Made by a program: the position numbers and the translations under genes
Shown: positions 18,557 to 28,465 of the stretch, piece by piece
How the letters are laid out: each line of letters begins with the position of its first letter
How positions within the stretch are numbered: position 1 is the first letter of the stretch
Assembly: GCA_964461505.1 (NCBI GenBank)
Contig: CAYWUW010000003.1
Coordinates: 37,680 to 101,679 of the forward strand
Length of the DNA stretch: 64,000 bases
Source: an uncultured Candidatus Saccharibacteria bacterium
GTDB lineage: Bacteria; Patescibacteriota; Saccharimonadia; Saccharimonadales; HK-STAS-PATE-42
Reading direction: 5' to 3'
The notes under the pieces: generated by a model
Seen by the model: only the letters and a program-made list of their open reading frames with translations
The model's database searches: none
What the model was told of the DNA's origin: nothing

Positions 18557-19585
18557 TTAGTTTTGTAAGGTGCCGACTTGTTCTAGCTCTGATAAAACGG
18601 ACTTGCCGTGTGGAGATTCTTTGATGACTTCGGTAAGATCTTGCCCGCATTTGGCCTGACCGCGCGAAGGAGTGTGATAGCCGTTCTTCCATTCTGAATT
18701 ATGCGTGGCATCATAAACTGTTCCATCTACAGCAACCCAGCAATCTTGACCGTTTAAACCGTTGGCTGCGGCAAGTTCTGCCTTAGTGATAGTGCGGGAA
18801 CTTTGAGCGCTTGGAGGATTAACAGAATTATTTGAACTTGAATTTAGTGAGTTGTAATTTTTAGTAATTCCTAAGCTTAAGAAGATGAGCATCCAAACAA
18901 CTAGACCGATGATAAAAAGTTCGACGTATTTTTTAACAAGACCTTTTTTGACATATTTATCATAGTAAAAATAGAGTAAGCTTAAGCCGTAAGATAGCCA
19001 GAGGTAGCGGAACACGGTGCTGCCTCTTGTAACAAAGCCCAGCTTAAAGCCGTGAGTGATGATGAACAGCATTGCGAGATCGTTTAGACCGAGTACGGTT
19101 GACCAAATTTTGGGCCGAGATTTAAGTTCTTTTTTAAATTCAAAGGCTAGAAAAGCTAACAGAGAAAGTGTGCCGAGAGAAATAAAGAAGACGGCGCTGG
19201 TTCCAAAAAAAGTTTTAAAGCTTGCTGGAGGCCACCCGAATCCATTGTTGTTTAAGTTGAGAATAATAAAGAGCGGGTGGGCTAAAATGGCGAGCAGAAC
19301 AAAAATTTGGCTAAGCTTAAAGCTAGTTTTAAGTTGCAGCTCGGGTTCGTAATTGCTTTTAAGGAATGCTGCAAAATAGTGCACCCACATGTATCCAAAG
19401 GCTAGAACTGCAAGAAGGCTTGGAATTGAAAAGCCGCCTAAATTTCCTGCAAAAAAGTGATTCCAAGAAAAAAAGCTTAGCGAAGTTACGGCAAAGTAGG
19501 CAGCATAAACAAGATTTTTAGATTGATTAAATTCTACTTTTTTGGCGGAGTTTTTTTTGCGCACAGTTAATTTTGGAGTGGCCAT
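18557..19585 (-). CDS. Polytopic membrane protein with a C-terminal cytochrome b5-like heme/steroid-binding domain
   Basis: C-terminus TKAELAAANGLNGQDCWVAVDGTVYDAT...HGKSVL. About 6 hydrophobic segments before it. Confidence 0.6.
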   Translation of the reverse strand: MATPKLTVRKKNSAKKVEFNQSKNLVYAAYFAVTSLSFFSWNHFFAGNLGGFSIPSLLAVLAFGYMWVHYFAAFLKSNYEPELQLKTSFKLSQIFVLLAILAHPLFIILNLNNNGFGWPPASFKTFFGTSAVFFISLGTLSLLAFLAFEFKKELKSRPKIWSTVLGLNDLAMLFIITHGFKLGFVTRGSTVFRYLWLSYGLSLLYFYYDKYVKKGLVKKYVELFIIGLVVWMLIFLSLGITKNYNSLNSSSNNSVNPPSAQSSRTITKAELAAANGLNGQDCWVAVDGTVYDATHNSEWKNGYHTPSRGQAKCGQDLTEVIKESPHGKSVLSELEQVGTLQN

Positions 19586-19589
19586 AGTT

Positions 19590-21224
19590 TTATTCTAATT
19601 TAAAATTAAGTTTAGTTAAGTTTTGAGTTTTGGAACCATCATTTGAATCGCTAATAATGATACTATAATTTTTAGAATTTACAAAAGCGCTTAAGCCGAG
19701 GCTTGCTCCGCTTGAGATTAAGTTTAAGTAGTTGCCATCGTAATCTAAATAATAGATGGCGCCAGTTTTATCTTGAACTTGTAGACGGTGATGATCGAGC
19801 CAGGCAAAATCTGTAATATCAAGCTGCTCTGTAGGGTTTTGGTTGGTAATTTGCTGTGATTTGGAGGTAGTTTTTAGATTGTAAGATGTAGCCTCTTCAC
19901 TATCAAAATCATAAATAAAGAAACTACTGCCCGAGGTTTGCAGAGCTAGATAACGGCCGGGTTGAGAGGTTCCGGCTGGGCTAATTTTAAACTGAGCAGA
20001 TTTAAGTTGGTTGAAGGTTTCTAGATAGAAGGCAGATTTGGCAACAAGCTGGCCTGACTCGGTTTTATAATTTTGGAGCGGATTCTTGAAAATCTGAATT
20101 TCTTTGTTAATGCCATTAGAAATTGCCAAGTAGCCGCTGCGGCGATTGATGGTGTAGGAATAATCGAGTTGGGTTAAATCTTGAGTGTTAAGCTTAGTGA
20201 TTAAAATTGGAGTTGCGTTGTTTTGCTGCAGATAAAGTTCGGAAGATTCTGGTGAGCTGGGCGAGGTTTTAGTGTAAAGATAGGTTTGTTCTTCGAAGCT
20301 AGAAAAACTGGTGAGGTTGCTGGCAATGGTTTGTTCTAGTGCAAGATTGGTTGGGTTGTATTGGCGAAGCTCGCCTTGAATAAGTAGATTAAGCTTAGAG
20401 GCGGGGTTAAAATGGGCCTCGCTAATTGGGGCAGCAAGAGCTTTGGTGAGATTGCTAGATTGTTCGGGGTTGTTAATGCGCAAGTTGATGAGTTCTGAGG
20501 TTTGATCAAATTGATGTTCTATCAACAACGAATCTGCATCGGGGCTCCATTCTATAAACTTGAACTGGCCGTAAGTTCCAGAAGAATTCTTGCTGAATAA
20601 ATCGGCTGGAATGGAAATGGCGGCAAGGGCTTGTTCTGGATCGGAACTTAAGTTTAAGCATTCTAGAATGATTCCGCTTGCAAGAGGTTGAATGGCGATA
20701 AGTTGGTTTTTAGAGGCCGCTTTTGGCGAGTAGATTTTGGCTGGTTGAGCCGAAAGAAAAGGTTCTTGCGGAATTTGTTCTGGAATTAAATAAGGGTAAT
20801 GATACCACTTGACTGTTTCGGCGCGCATATTAAAGGCATGTTGCCAAGTTCTGTAGCCACTGGCCTGCAAACTGATTTTATGATCGCCTTCTTTAGCCTC
20901 TATTTTGGTTTCGGTTTGTTCGATTTTTTTATCATCAAAAAAAACTGTGGAATTAACTGGCGAAGAATCTATCAGAATGATTCCTCTGTGTTCGACCTCG
21001 CCGCTGGTGTTAAAGGTGTAGCCTTTTGTTCTGAAGTAAACTAAGAAGGTTAAGCTTAGGGTAAGTATTCCAAAAAGAGCGTAGAAGGCGGTTCTTTTTA
21101 AGAACTTGCCCTGCAGTTCGCTAGAGATATTAACTTTGGGTGGCTTTTTAGATTTGGCCTTTTTTTGAGCTTTTTTAGAGCTAATTGCTGTTTTGAGTGT
21201 TTTTTTTACTACGCGCTTTGCCAT
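19590..21224 (-). CDS. Membrane-anchored protein with a PEGA-like domain
   Basis: K-rich N-terminus, one TM, then IILIDSSPVNSTVFFDDKKI..EGDHKISLQASGYRTW (PEGA pattern). Confidence 0.5.
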   Translation of the reverse strand: MAKRVVKKTLKTAISSKKAQKKAKSKKPPKVNISSELQGKFLKRTAFYALFGILTLSLTFLVYFRTKGYTFNTSGEVEHRGIILIDSSPVNSTVFFDDKKIEQTETKIEAKEGDHKISLQASGYRTWQHAFNMRAETVKWYHYPYLIPEQIPQEPFLSAQPAKIYSPKAASKNQLIAIQPLASGIILECLNLSSDPEQALAAISIPADLFSKNSSGTYGQFKFIEWSPDADSLLIEHQFDQTSELINLRINNPEQSSNLTKALAAPISEAHFNPASKLNLLIQGELRQYNPTNLALEQTIASNLTSFSSFEEQTYLYTKTSPSSPESSELYLQQNNATPILITKLNTQDLTQLDYSYTINRRSGYLAISNGINKEIQIFKNPLQNYKTESGQLVAKSAFYLETFNQLKSAQFKISPAGTSQPGRYLALQTSGSSFFIYDFDSEEATSYNLKTTSKSQQITNQNPTEQLDITDFAWLDHHRLQVQDKTGAIYYLDYDGNYLNLISSGASLGLSAFVNSKNYSIIISDSNDGSKTQNLTKLNFKLE

Positions 21225-21351
21225 CTTTTAAACTTATCTTAACAAAAGTTGGCAGAAAATGATTCAACTAGCTTTAGTGTTTATGCTAAACTTAATTTTA
21301 GATAGCGCTTTAGCTTTTTTAGATTAAGCTTAACTTTAGAGTAGATTTAGA

Positions 21352-22833
21352 ATGAAACCAGTTGTTTTAACAGATGAGCGTAAAAGAAGAAGAGCAAAAA
21401 ACAACTTAGATAATTTTGATGCGGAGTTAATTCGGGCGGAACTTTCGGCTCTGGAAGGCGGAGTTCAGAAAGTAGATAGAGTTCAGAAAGTAGAGAAAAA
21501 AGAAGGTTTAGATGAAGGTTTAGATGGGGGCGGCGAGGAGCATGAAGTTTTGGATTCTGCTGAGCAGAGTTCTAATGGTGCCGCTCAAAGGGAATCTCGG
21601 GCGCAAATTAACACTATAGATTTTAATTTGGGTAATTCTAAGCTTTTGCATAAGGCGGTGAGAATGGTTGCTCAAAATCCTAAGCTTAAGGTTGAAGATA
21701 AGCCACGCTACAAGAGTGCGCCAGAAGTTAATTTAGGGGCTAATAAACTTAATAGACTTAATCCAGATGCTAAAAACAATGCTGGAATTAAGCTTAGTGC
21801 TAAAAAATATGGTGATAGGTATGGTGATCGGCAGGATGATGCTCGGAATGAGGGATCTAATCTTAAAAGTGGGAATGGGCCAAGAGGGGCGAGTTCTGGT
21901 TTAAAGAGCCCGCTAGAAAAGAAGGCTGTAAAACAGGTTTTAGCGCAGAATGATGGCTCTGGAGTTAGTTTGGGAGCTGTGGAGTCGCAAGCTAAGCTTA
22001 ATGCCGCTGGGGCCCGATCTTTTAGCGCCCAAGCTATACGACCCAGGAGTATGGATGCTTTTGCCAGAACTAGCCAGGTTAAGCCAGAGCTGGCAAGAGA
22101 GGAAGTTCGGCCAGAGCGAAGTTCTGTAGAGCTAGCCACAAGCGGGATGTATCGGGCGAATCAGTTTAATGAATTTTTGCAAAATACGCAGCGTACAAAC
22201 TTGCAAAATCAGATTGAAAAACAGCAGTTGTTTCCTAGTGAAATTAAGCCTGGAAGTGTGGTTTATGATCATGGGGTTAAATCTAGCGCGCTTAACAGGT
22301 ATAATCCTATAAAGAATAGTCATAAAATGTTAGGCGGAGTAGATCAGCACAATTTGGGTTCTGGAACTGTACGCAGGTTCTTTAGTATGCGTTCGGTTAA
22401 GTTTTTGATGCCAGTTGCGGTGGTGATGATTGCAGGAGCGTACATTTTTTATCTAAATATGCCTAAATTAAGCTTAAAGTTGGCAGAAGGTAAATCTGGA
22501 ATTTCGATTAGCGCGCCAAGTTATGTTCCGGATCATTTTAGTTTGAATAATAAGGTAGAGACCGAAACTGGAAGAGTGACGATGAACTTTGTGAACGGTG
22601 ATGATAGTTATTCTGTTAGCCAGAGTGTGAGTGATTGGGATTCGGCGGCTCTTTTGGAAGATAAGGTTTTGAAAGAAACTAAGGAATACAGCGCTTACAC
22701 CGATAGAGGTTTGACTATTTATGTTTATGGCAATAAGGCCGTTTGGATGAACCAAGGCAAGGTTAACGAGATTAGTTTGAATGGAACTAGCTTGGATGTT
22801 GAAGAGATGATCCGTATTGCGGGAAGTATGTAA
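21352..22833 (+). CDS. Membrane-anchored protein, disordered N-terminal half, DUF4367-like C-terminal domain
   Basis: TM near aa 350. C-terminus PSYVPDHF...VSQS...KAVWMNQGKVNEISLNG..SLDVEEMIRIAGSM resembles DUF4367. Confidence 0.5.
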   Translation: MKPVVLTDERKRRRAKNNLDNFDAELIRAELSALEGGVQKVDRVQKVEKKEGLDEGLDGGGEEHEVLDSAEQSSNGAAQRESRAQINTIDFNLGNSKLLHKAVRMVAQNPKLKVEDKPRYKSAPEVNLGANKLNRLNPDAKNNAGIKLSAKKYGDRYGDRQDDARNEGSNLKSGNGPRGASSGLKSPLEKKAVKQVLAQNDGSGVSLGAVESQAKLNAAGARSFSAQAIRPRSMDAFARTSQVKPELAREEVRPERSSVELATSGMYRANQFNEFLQNTQRTNLQNQIEKQQLFPSEIKPGSVVYDHGVKSSALNRYNPIKNSHKMLGGVDQHNLGSGTVRRFFSMRSVKFLMPVAVVMIAGAYIFYLNMPKLSLKLAEGKSGISISAPSYVPDHFSLNNKVETETGRVTMNFVNGDDSYSVSQSVSDWDSAALLEDKVLKETKEYSAYTDRGLTIYVYGNKAVWMNQGKVNEISLNGTSLDVEEMIRIAGSM

Positions 22834-23088
22834 GCTTAAGCTTAGTAAGGTAGATCTTGGGATTCTAGAGGCAGAGAGTTTGAGAGTTTGGTTCTAGCCC
22901 TAGATTTTATTCTTTTTTTTGAGGAGTTTGAGCTTTTTTTTGAGGGCTCTTTTTCTGGCGGCGCCATGCCATCTTTTATGTTTTGCCATAAGCTTAGTGT
23001 ATTTTTGTTTAAACTTAACTTTTTACTAGATTTTAATTATAGCATCTTTTTTGCTGGAGGTGAAGCTTGGTGGGTGTTTTTGTGGTTT

Positions 23089-23787
23089 TTAGATGGCCTT
23101 AAAACTTTGAATGACATCTTTAGTTTGATCGATTAAATCTTGCCCATAACAACTTAGATTTGGTTTTCTTACGCCAGTATCAGGATTTGCAGGTTCTGCG
23201 CATTCTTCGCTAACATCTTGCCATACGAATTCTACATAATTAGCATTAAGCTTAGCTAAGCTGATTTTTTTTGCTCCTTTTAAGTAGACTGTGCCGCTGA
23301 GTCCGCTGTAGCCCATCCTTAAGTATGCGTTATTTAAGCTTAGTAGATCTAATTCTGTTGTATTATCGAGCGGCTGGTTAAAGACTTCATCTGTAACTGG
23401 TAAATCGAATTCGCCCTCGCCGCTGTTGAAGCTCCAGTTGATTGGTGAAATCTTTATTAGGAACTTTTCGTTTTGGCTAAAGCTTATAAATGTTGTTTGT
23501 AGCGGCTCGGATTTATCTAGGTTTCTTTCGTGCTTTGCTACGCTAACACTTCCCCATTCTTGTGGGTAATCAAACGAGTAGCCAGAGTTAGTGTTTCTAT
23601 AACGAGAGAAGCCTGCTTTTGGGGAATCTTCTTGCATTTGAGCAGAGTTTTGATCTACGTTTGTTTTTGATGGCGTTGATTGGCTGTTGCTATCTTTAAG
23701 TAATATGACGACGGTTATAGAAAGGGCTATAATCAGCAAGCTAGCTAATCCGGCTAGAATTTTGAGTAGTAAGGGTTTTTTGAACAT
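23089..23787 (-). CDS. Hypothetical secreted or membrane-anchored protein
   Basis: 232-aa ORF with an N-terminal hydrophobic anchor. Confidence 0.5.
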   Translation of the reverse strand: MFKKPLLLKILAGLASLLIIALSITVVILLKDSNSQSTPSKTNVDQNSAQMQEDSPKAGFSRYRNTNSGYSFDYPQEWGSVSVAKHERNLDKSEPLQTTFISFSQNEKFLIKISPINWSFNSGEGEFDLPVTDEVFNQPLDNTTELDLLSLNNAYLRMGYSGLSGTVYLKGAKKISLAKLNANYVEFVWQDVSEECAEPANPDTGVRKPNLSCYGQDLIDQTKDVIQSFKAI

Positions 23788-24053
23788 GCGTTTTAATAGT
23801 TATTACTTTTAAGCTTAGTTTAGCATAAGCCTTGTGCAATTAGGAGTGGCAGCTGACTATAAGAATAAGATCTAGAGGATGGTAGATTAACTAAGTTGAA
23901 TATCCTTGTACAGGACGAAACCGATTCTGGTAGCTGAGGTGGCGTCGAGATGAAGCTTGTTAAGGCTGAACTGATTGGGATGGCTGGGATAGTTGCTGAG
24001 GTGAGGGTTAAGTTGCCTGTTGGTACTTAAGTTATGGGGATTGAACCATTAGG

Positions 24054-24473
24054 TTAGCCCAGTGTGTTTAAGGAGCTACTGTCACCTTCTTCCTGTGTAG
24101 GTTTTAGAGACACAGCGTTTCCGTTACCTACTGTGCCAGGTTCATCTTCTAGCGCCGCCGGATGGTCTATTGATCGATTGTCTAAATGTAGCCAGTTAGT
24201 ATAAGCTTCCTCAAATCTCTTACCATGCTCCAAGCGATTATCTAAGAACTGTACAATTCGTACTCTATTATACCTCTGAACTACCATGGCTCCCAAGTTC
24301 ACTGCGAACCACACCTTTGTAAGAGTCGGATTATCAAAGCTACCCGCTTGAACCTCAGAGGCTAGCTTGGGAAGCTCTGCCGCTACACCTATAGCATGTA
24401 ACCCCTCGTTGAATACGCTCTGTTTGGTTGCGTACTCCGCCGCTCGCTCCATACGCCCTTTGCGAGCATCCAT
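24054..24473 (-). CDS. Hypothetical protein
   Basis: 139-aa ORF in a stretch lacking TAAGCTTA. Confidence 0.4.
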   Translation of the reverse strand: MDARKGRMERAAEYATKQSVFNEGLHAIGVAAELPKLASEVQAGSFDNPTLTKVWFAVNLGAMVVQRYNRVRIVQFLDNRLEHGKRFEEAYTNWLHLDNRSIDHPAALEDEPGTVGNGNAVSLKPTQEEGDSSSLNTLG

Positions 24474-24484
24474 CTTATAATTGT

Positions 24485-24715
24485 TTAGCCCATAAAACGG
24501 TTTTTTGTTGATGGACCACCAGTGAATAGGCGGCCAATAGTACCCATTATTGCTCTACGCACTATGGGGGTACCTAACCGTCTGTGCCTACGTTCGCTCC
24601 TTGCTGGATTACTAGGGAAGAGATACATCCCCATAGCCTTCTTAGCTAAGTTTACATCGGAGTTGGCTAGAATCGCATGAGTACTTACCTCTGGTGAACT
24701 AGTTCTGTCCTTCAT
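24485..24715 (-). CDS. Hypothetical protein
   Basis: 76-aa ORF directly upstream of 24054-24473 on the same strand. Confidence 0.3.
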   Translation of the reverse strand: MKDRTSSPEVSTHAILANSDVNLAKKAMGMYLFPSNPARSERRHRRLGTPIVRRAIMGTIGRLFTGGPSTKNRFMG

Positions 24716-24879
24716 ATTAAGTATATATTATACACATATCGATATTTGATTGTCAATACATAGTAGCACTAAATATGTCACACAATGAAGATTGTACGTC
24801 CTACTCTACCCCTTTTAGGGTGGTTCTTGAGAGTGAATAGAATTGTCAAGGGCAAACTGCTACCACTGAAGAAAAGATA

Positions 24880-25332
24880 TTATGTCACCTTTTTGGCAGA
24901 CTTCTTTCTTGGCTTCTTTGCAGGCTCGACAATGCTAGGTAAAACCTCTATCGAGCTTACTCTAGGCATTAGTTGATAACGGCCATTTCTACCAATTGGC
25001 CATTCCGCGTGTGGATCCAAAATCATTGCATAGCCGCCTAGTGACATACCGCCATGGAAGATAGACATAGCGGTGGCTTGTTTCTGAACAGGATTTTGCT
25101 CTCTAGTAGTCCAATTACCGGTTCCCTCAAGGATAACGTCAGCAACTGGGGAGAGCTCTCCGTCTGGTGCTGTCTGCATAAAAAGGCACTTAGGCTTCTC
25201 TCCCGGTTCGCATACTAAGAAATCATATCTGTAAGTGTCTGAAGGGTCTGTACCAGCTAAAACTACGACTCTACTTCCTACTTGAAGCTCTTTTAAGTCC
25301 AGTGATTCTCCTCTTTCTAGTAAACCTTCCAT
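24880..25332 (-). CDS. Hypothetical protein
   Basis: 150-aa ORF. No family recognised. Confidence 0.4.
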   Translation of the reverse strand: MEGLLERGESLDLKELQVGSRVVVLAGTDPSDTYRYDFLVCEPGEKPKCLFMQTAPDGELSPVADVILEGTGNWTTREQNPVQKQATAMSIFHGGMSLGGYAMILDPHAEWPIGRNGRYQLMPRVSSIEVLPSIVEPAKKPRKKSAKKVT

Positions 25333-25550
25333 ATACGGACATTATATCAGCTTTGTACCCAAGCGCCCCTTAGAAGGGCTATAAAATAGCCTTAAAAGTG
25401 TATCTAAGTTGTGATCACGCTTCCTATAAGGAGTACTGGTTGCCCATAGAGCTAATGTGAGCTTAACAGGCTCCGCACCACAAGTAGAGTGGGCTTAGAC
25501 CCCCTACCCACCCAAATTTATGCAGGCTAGTCACGAATATTCTATTCGAA

Positions 25551-25835
25551 TTAGGTAGGGCGTATATCTAGAATATAAAAATTAAAAATCGTGATATTTT
25601 TTAAGAAATAACCTTTTGCCAAACCTTGAATCATCCACACAACTGGGTAATATATTAAGAGCGAAATAAAGCCATAGGATACGACTAGAAGGATAGCCCC
25701 TATGAAGCACAAGATGGTCCCAAAAATTTTAGGCTGCTCCTTCTTAGAGCCGTTGCCACCAGTTCCTAGGCCATACAATATAGAGCCAAGTAGTCCAAGC
25801 AAAATAACCAGTGCCCACATAAGATCAACTTTCAT
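25551..25835 (-). CDS. Small membrane protein (hypothetical)
   Basis: MKVDLMWALVILLGLLGS... with three hydrophobic segments. The ORF-track start at 25940 looks over-extended. Confidence 0.35.
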   Translation of the reverse strand: MKVDLMWALVILLGLLGSILYGLGTGGNGSKKEQPKIFGTILCFIGAILLVVSYGFISLLIYYPVVWMIQGLAKGYFLKNITIFNFYILDIRPT

Positions 25836-26102
25836 AAATATTTGAATATGGTGGTAGACACGTAAAAAGCTCGCCACAAGCTGAGATCGAAACCTCCCAT
25901 TTAGAGAGGCCGAGGTGCTTAAATACTTGGTAGCTGTCATCGGTAAAAGTTGGAACTTACTTAGAGATGAACTGATAGCTATATCTAATATAGTTACATG
26001 GGCTAGGGTAGCTAACAGTATTAATTATTAAGCGGGTGGGATTGAGCCCGTACAATTAATCTACTATATAAGATTTTTCTCAAAATTTTACAAACATATA
26101 TA

Positions 26103-26131
26103 TTGACTATAAAGTACTAAAATGCTATAGT
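26103..26131 (+). promoter_or_regulatory. Sigma-70-like promoter TTGACT-17-TATAGT
   Basis: Read directly; 20 nt upstream of the 26152 ATG. Confidence 0.5.
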
Positions 26132-26151
26132 TTATGGAAAGACATTAATTT

Positions 26152-26520
26152 ATGCCTAGAAGATCATTATTTGAGGACAGAATGCTCGTCAGTACCCTCC
26201 ATCTACATACTAATCTTGGAGTATGGGGGTTTGGTGACTTAGTTGAGACTTCTCAAGCTATTAGAGATGATGCCGAAGAATTGCCAGGACACGTAGCAAG
26301 CAGAGCATTAAGAAAGTTTAAAAAAGAAAATTGGATTGAAGCAAAGGCTGATCCCGATGCAAGTATGGGGCCACGAATGCTTTACACTCTTACAGAAGAA
26401 GAAGGTATTAGTGCGACACTGAGAGCGGCAGGTAGAGAACTGGCATTAGGAGAACGCTATCCAATTCCTATAATTGCTGAGTATTTTGGATCTTTAGCTA
26501 ATCAAGATAGAAGAGACTAA
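26152..26520 (+). CDS. Hypothetical protein (possibly winged-helix)
   Basis: 122-aa ORF behind a consensus-like promoter. Confidence 0.45.
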   Translation: MPRRSLFEDRMLVSTLHLHTNLGVWGFGDLVETSQAIRDDAEELPGHVASRALRKFKKENWIEAKADPDASMGPRMLYTLTEEEGISATLRAAGRELALGERYPIPIIAEYFGSLANQDRRD

Positions 26521-26531
26521 GCCTTCTAGAT

Positions 26532-26888
26532 TTAAGAGATTAAGTCTTCTATTTCAACTGATTCAATAGTTTTCCAGCCTAAAAACTTTGGGATTCTTTG
26601 CTTCTGAACTAAAACGCGCCTACCTTTGATAACACTGGCGAATTGACTTAACGGGTAATTGCGCCTCATTTGCTCATCAGGACTCTCTGTACCTGGTAAT
26701 ACTTGCCTATATCCTACTTCAGGTAATCCTGCGATATCTGTAGCGATATTTCCTAAAACTCCCTGTCCAGGTCTTTGATCACCAACCCAATGAACAGTTG
26801 TTTCTTTCTTACCGAAGTCGGCTGCAGGGCCGCCATCATTTAGGTATGTAGTATCTTGCGTTATAGCTCTAAAATTTGTCATACCCAC
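26532..26888 (-). CDS. Hypothetical protein
   Basis: 118-aa ORF. Confidence 0.4.
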   Translation of the reverse strand: MGMTNFRAITQDTTYLNDGGPAADFGKKETTVHWVGDQRPGQGVLGNIATDIAGLPEVGYRQVLPGTESPDEQMRRNYPLSQFASVIKGRRVLVQKQRIPKFLGWKTIESVEIEDLIS

Positions 26889-26968
26889 ATCTTATCAGAT
26901 TATTACCGTAATGTCAATATCGTTTGATCCAATACTCAATACTAGATATATTCCAAAATGCTTATGCT

Positions 26969-27045
26969 TGGTAGCGGTGACTGGAATTGAACCAGTGACC
27001 TCAGGCTTATGAGTCCTGCGCTCTAACCAACTGAGCTACACCGCC
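26969..27045 (-). tRNA. tRNA-Met (anticodon CAT; Ile2/lysidine type not excluded), CCA encoded
   Basis: The reverse complement ggcggtgtagctcagttggttagagcgcaggactcataagcctgaggtcactggttcaattccagtcaccgctacca folds as a cloverleaf by hand. Confidence 0.85.
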
Positions 27046-27137
27046 AAAAAGTAAGAATCTATCTTTAAGATGATTCAGAACTTTGAATGTTCCTTTAGAA
27101 AAAAGAGGATTCTTGTTTAATTATAACAGAGCTAAAC

Positions 27138-28352
27138 TTAAAACTTAAGCAGCCAATCTAGAATTTGGTAGATAATTGCAGCGAGACAAAGCATCGAGCC
27201 CAAAATCGGAACCAGCAGCGGAACGGTAATATATCCATCATGCTTTTTATGGCTCTTTTTTATAAAAATTAGAGAAATGTTGACAGCGCTAAAAATTGTT
27301 AAAACTAACAAGCTGGTAATTTGTGCAAGAGAAACTATAGGCAAAATTATAGTAAAAAATATCATTAAGCTTAAGATTAACAATGTGGATTTGGTTGGAG
27401 TTTGGCGCTTGGCGTGAAGTTCTGAAAGTTTTGCGGATATCCAACCTTGCTTAGAAAGGCCGTAAAGAATTCTTGAACCCATAATAATTTGGACGATGAC
27501 TCCGTTAATTGCCGCAACCAGCCCGATTAAGCTTAGTATTTGTTGGCTGCTTACTCCAGATTTGGAAAAAACTAGAGTTAATGGCGCGGAGCTTTGGGCG
27601 AGTTCTGCTGGTGCGACTATTGTTGTAGAAACTATAACAACCAGCACATAGAGCAAAGTTGAAATAATTAAAGAAAAAAGGATAGCAAGGGGCATAGATT
27701 TTTTTGGATTTTTAGCCTCTTCGGCAACGTTGACCATATCTTCAAAACCAATAAAGGCATAAAAGGCTAGAAAAGCTCCGGCTAAGAGCCCGCTGATGCC
27801 AACAGTGGAATCAATATTTACTAAGCTTAAGGGTTGAACTTGTGCAAAGGCGCTGCGTCCGAACCAAACAACCAGCACCAGCCCTAGAATTTCTACAAAA
27901 GTGAAGGCGGCGGCAGTTTTGGCGGATTCATTGATTCCCTTTAGTGCTATGAGCCCTAAGCTTAATAAAAGCAAGATGCTGGCGAGGAGTTCTGGAAAAT
28001 TAAAGAAGGTATTGAGGTATCCGGCAAAGCCGTGAGCAAGTGCGGCGGCAGAGGTGATTCCTCCAGCGACCATAGCTAAACCGATTGCCACGGAGAGGTT
28101 CTTGTTGCCAAATGCTTTATGCAAATAGACTGAAACTGATGCGCTAACTGGGTAGCGGCCGGCAAGTTCCATGTAAGAAAAAGCGGTGAGGGCGGCAATA
28201 ATCATTGCTAGTATGAAGGCCAGAGTTGTGCTTTGGCCTGCGAATCCGGCGACTTTTCCGATTAGCACGTAGATTCCGGCTCCTAAAATGTTGCCTAGCC
28301 CATAAAGTGTTAGAACTGGGAGATTGAGTGAGCGCTTAAGATGAGTGGCCAT
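27138..28352 (-). CDS. APC-family amino acid permease
   Basis: LTLYGLGNILGAGIYVLIGKVAG with about 12 TM segments. The start was moved to MATHLKR. Confidence 0.75.
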   Translation of the reverse strand: MATHLKRSLNLPVLTLYGLGNILGAGIYVLIGKVAGFAGQSTTLAFILAMIIAALTAFSYMELAGRYPVSASVSVYLHKAFGNKNLSVAIGLAMVAGGITSAAALAHGFAGYLNTFFNFPELLASILLLLSLGLIALKGINESAKTAAAFTFVEILGLVLVVWFGRSAFAQVQPLSLVNIDSTVGISGLLAGAFLAFYAFIGFEDMVNVAEEAKNPKKSMPLAILFSLIISTLLYVLVVIVSTTIVAPAELAQSSAPLTLVFSKSGVSSQQILSLIGLVAAINGVIVQIIMGSRILYGLSKQGWISAKLSELHAKRQTPTKSTLLILSLMIFFTIILPIVSLAQITSLLVLTIFSAVNISLIFIKKSHKKHDGYITVPLLVPILGSMLCLAAIIYQILDWLLKF

Positions 28353-28465
28353 AGAGTTTATATTTAAGCTTAGCAAAAAAAGCTCTTGCACAAAAATAAC
28401 TTAGAGCTTATGTTTAGCGGCTAAAAGGGTTATACTTTTAAGTTAAAGAGGTTTTTAGCTTTGTT

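Noticed and set aside
24036-24055. 10-mer gattgaacca, similar to part of the tRNA-Met T-arm region; considered as the distal att repeat of the 23.8-27.0 kb island.
   Set aside because: The match is short and not contiguous with the tRNA 3' end sequence, and it was found by eye after searching for it, so it is not statistically convincing.
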